From: Ginglymostoma cirratum
Lineage: Eukaryota
Reading direction: 5' to 3'
DNA length: 64,000 nt
NCBI GenBank assembly: GCA_024137785.1
Contig: JAHRHZ010000082.1
Location: 901,442 to 965,441, forward strand
Shown: one piece after another, positions 63,317 through 64,000 of the stretch
Position numbering within the stretch: the first letter of the stretch is position 1
Layout of the letters: each line of letters starts with the position of its first letter
The notes under the pieces: generated by a model
Database searches by the model: none
What the model was told of the DNA's origin: nothing
The model's input: only the letters and a program-made list of their open reading frames with translations
Position numbers and translations under genes: made by a program

Positions 63317-63420
63317 AGTTCTGACGAAGGGTCACTGGACCTGAAACGTTAATTCTGATTTCTCTCCACAGATGCTGCCTGAGCTGCTGAGCTTTTTCAA
63401 CGATTTCTGCTTTTGTGTCT
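63317..63420 (+). mobile_element. Family B element with intact hammerhead-like core
   Basis: AGTT-CTGACGA-A-GGGTCACTGGACCT-GAAA-CGTT-AATT, core starting at 63321. Confidence 0.82.
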
Positions 63421-63424
63421 AACA

Positions 63425-63780
63425 TCTGTGATTGGAAAAATATTGAAATCTGTTGTTAAGGAAGTTACAGCAGGATATTTACAATATCATAACATAAATG
63501 AGCAGAGTCAATATGGTTTTATAAAAGGAAAATCATGTTTGACAAATATTTTAAGAGTTCCATGAGGATATGACAATTGGCATAGCTAAAGGGGAACCTG
63601 TAGTGTATTTCTACTTACAAAAGGCATTTGATAAGATATCACAGAAGTTTACTTTATAAGATGAGAATTCATGGTTTTTAGGGTAATCTGCTAGCAGAAA
63701 ATGAAAACTGGCTAATTGAAGGAAACAGGGTGTTGAGGTTAGTAAGTCAACTTCCAGTTGGTAGTGTGATAATGCAGTAG
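63425..63780 (+). mobile_element. CR1 RT fragment
   Basis: CAGAGTCAATATGGTTTTATAAAAGGAAAATCATGTTTGACAAAT (SQYGFIKGKSCLTN) and CAAAAGGCATTTGATAAG (QKAFDK). Confidence 0.8.
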
Positions 63781-64000
63781 GTTTGAGCTTATTTTGTCCT
63801 GGTTTCTTTTGAGAGCGATTGAACAAGAGGTATCAAGCTGGCTAGATAAGACCACTTGAGAAGTCAGCTTGGGAGACCTTGGTATTTTTTTAAAACACCT
63901 TGAATGGGTGTGGCCAGCTCACTCAGATTAGGAGTTCTGGGTTTTGGTCTTTCAGTAGCATCAGAAGATATTGGGTCTCAACAGAGTTGGAAGCTTCAGT

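Overview
Vertebrate genomic DNA, inferred to be a cartilaginous fish (shark) from its repeat content (HE1-like tRNA SINEs, CR1/L2-type LINEs, Penelope-like elements). The only host protein-coding gene I can support is SLC16A3 (monocarboxylate transporter MCT4) on the minus strand. It has four coding exons (29356-29578, 21958-22101, 20065-20844, 19086-19360), all with GT-AG junctions and phase-1 introns, giving 473 aa ending in PETSV. A probable non-coding first exon and CpG-rich promoter lie near 48.1-50.5 kb. A second CpG-rich promoter with an RFX X-box lies near 61.8-62.1 kb, probably for a divergent gene (CCDC57 by human synteny; no coding sequence seen). A degenerate Gypsy LTR retrotransposon with both LTRs, PBS, PPT and a 5-bp TSD spans 5815-11139 and holds several nested insertions. 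The most striking pattern is about 20 short Penelope-derived elements from four sequence families. Many are head-to-head palindromes with 8-17 bp target-site duplications. All four families share a minimal hammerhead-ribozyme-like core: CTGANGA + one extra base + covarying stem + GAAA + palindromic ACGT/AGCT. Some copies lie in sense orientation within the inferred SLC16A3 intron 1, and one sits in a triple-nested insertion just upstream of the promoter. Two N gaps of about 400 bp both abut Penelope sequence. Repeat family names are from recognition, not database searches.
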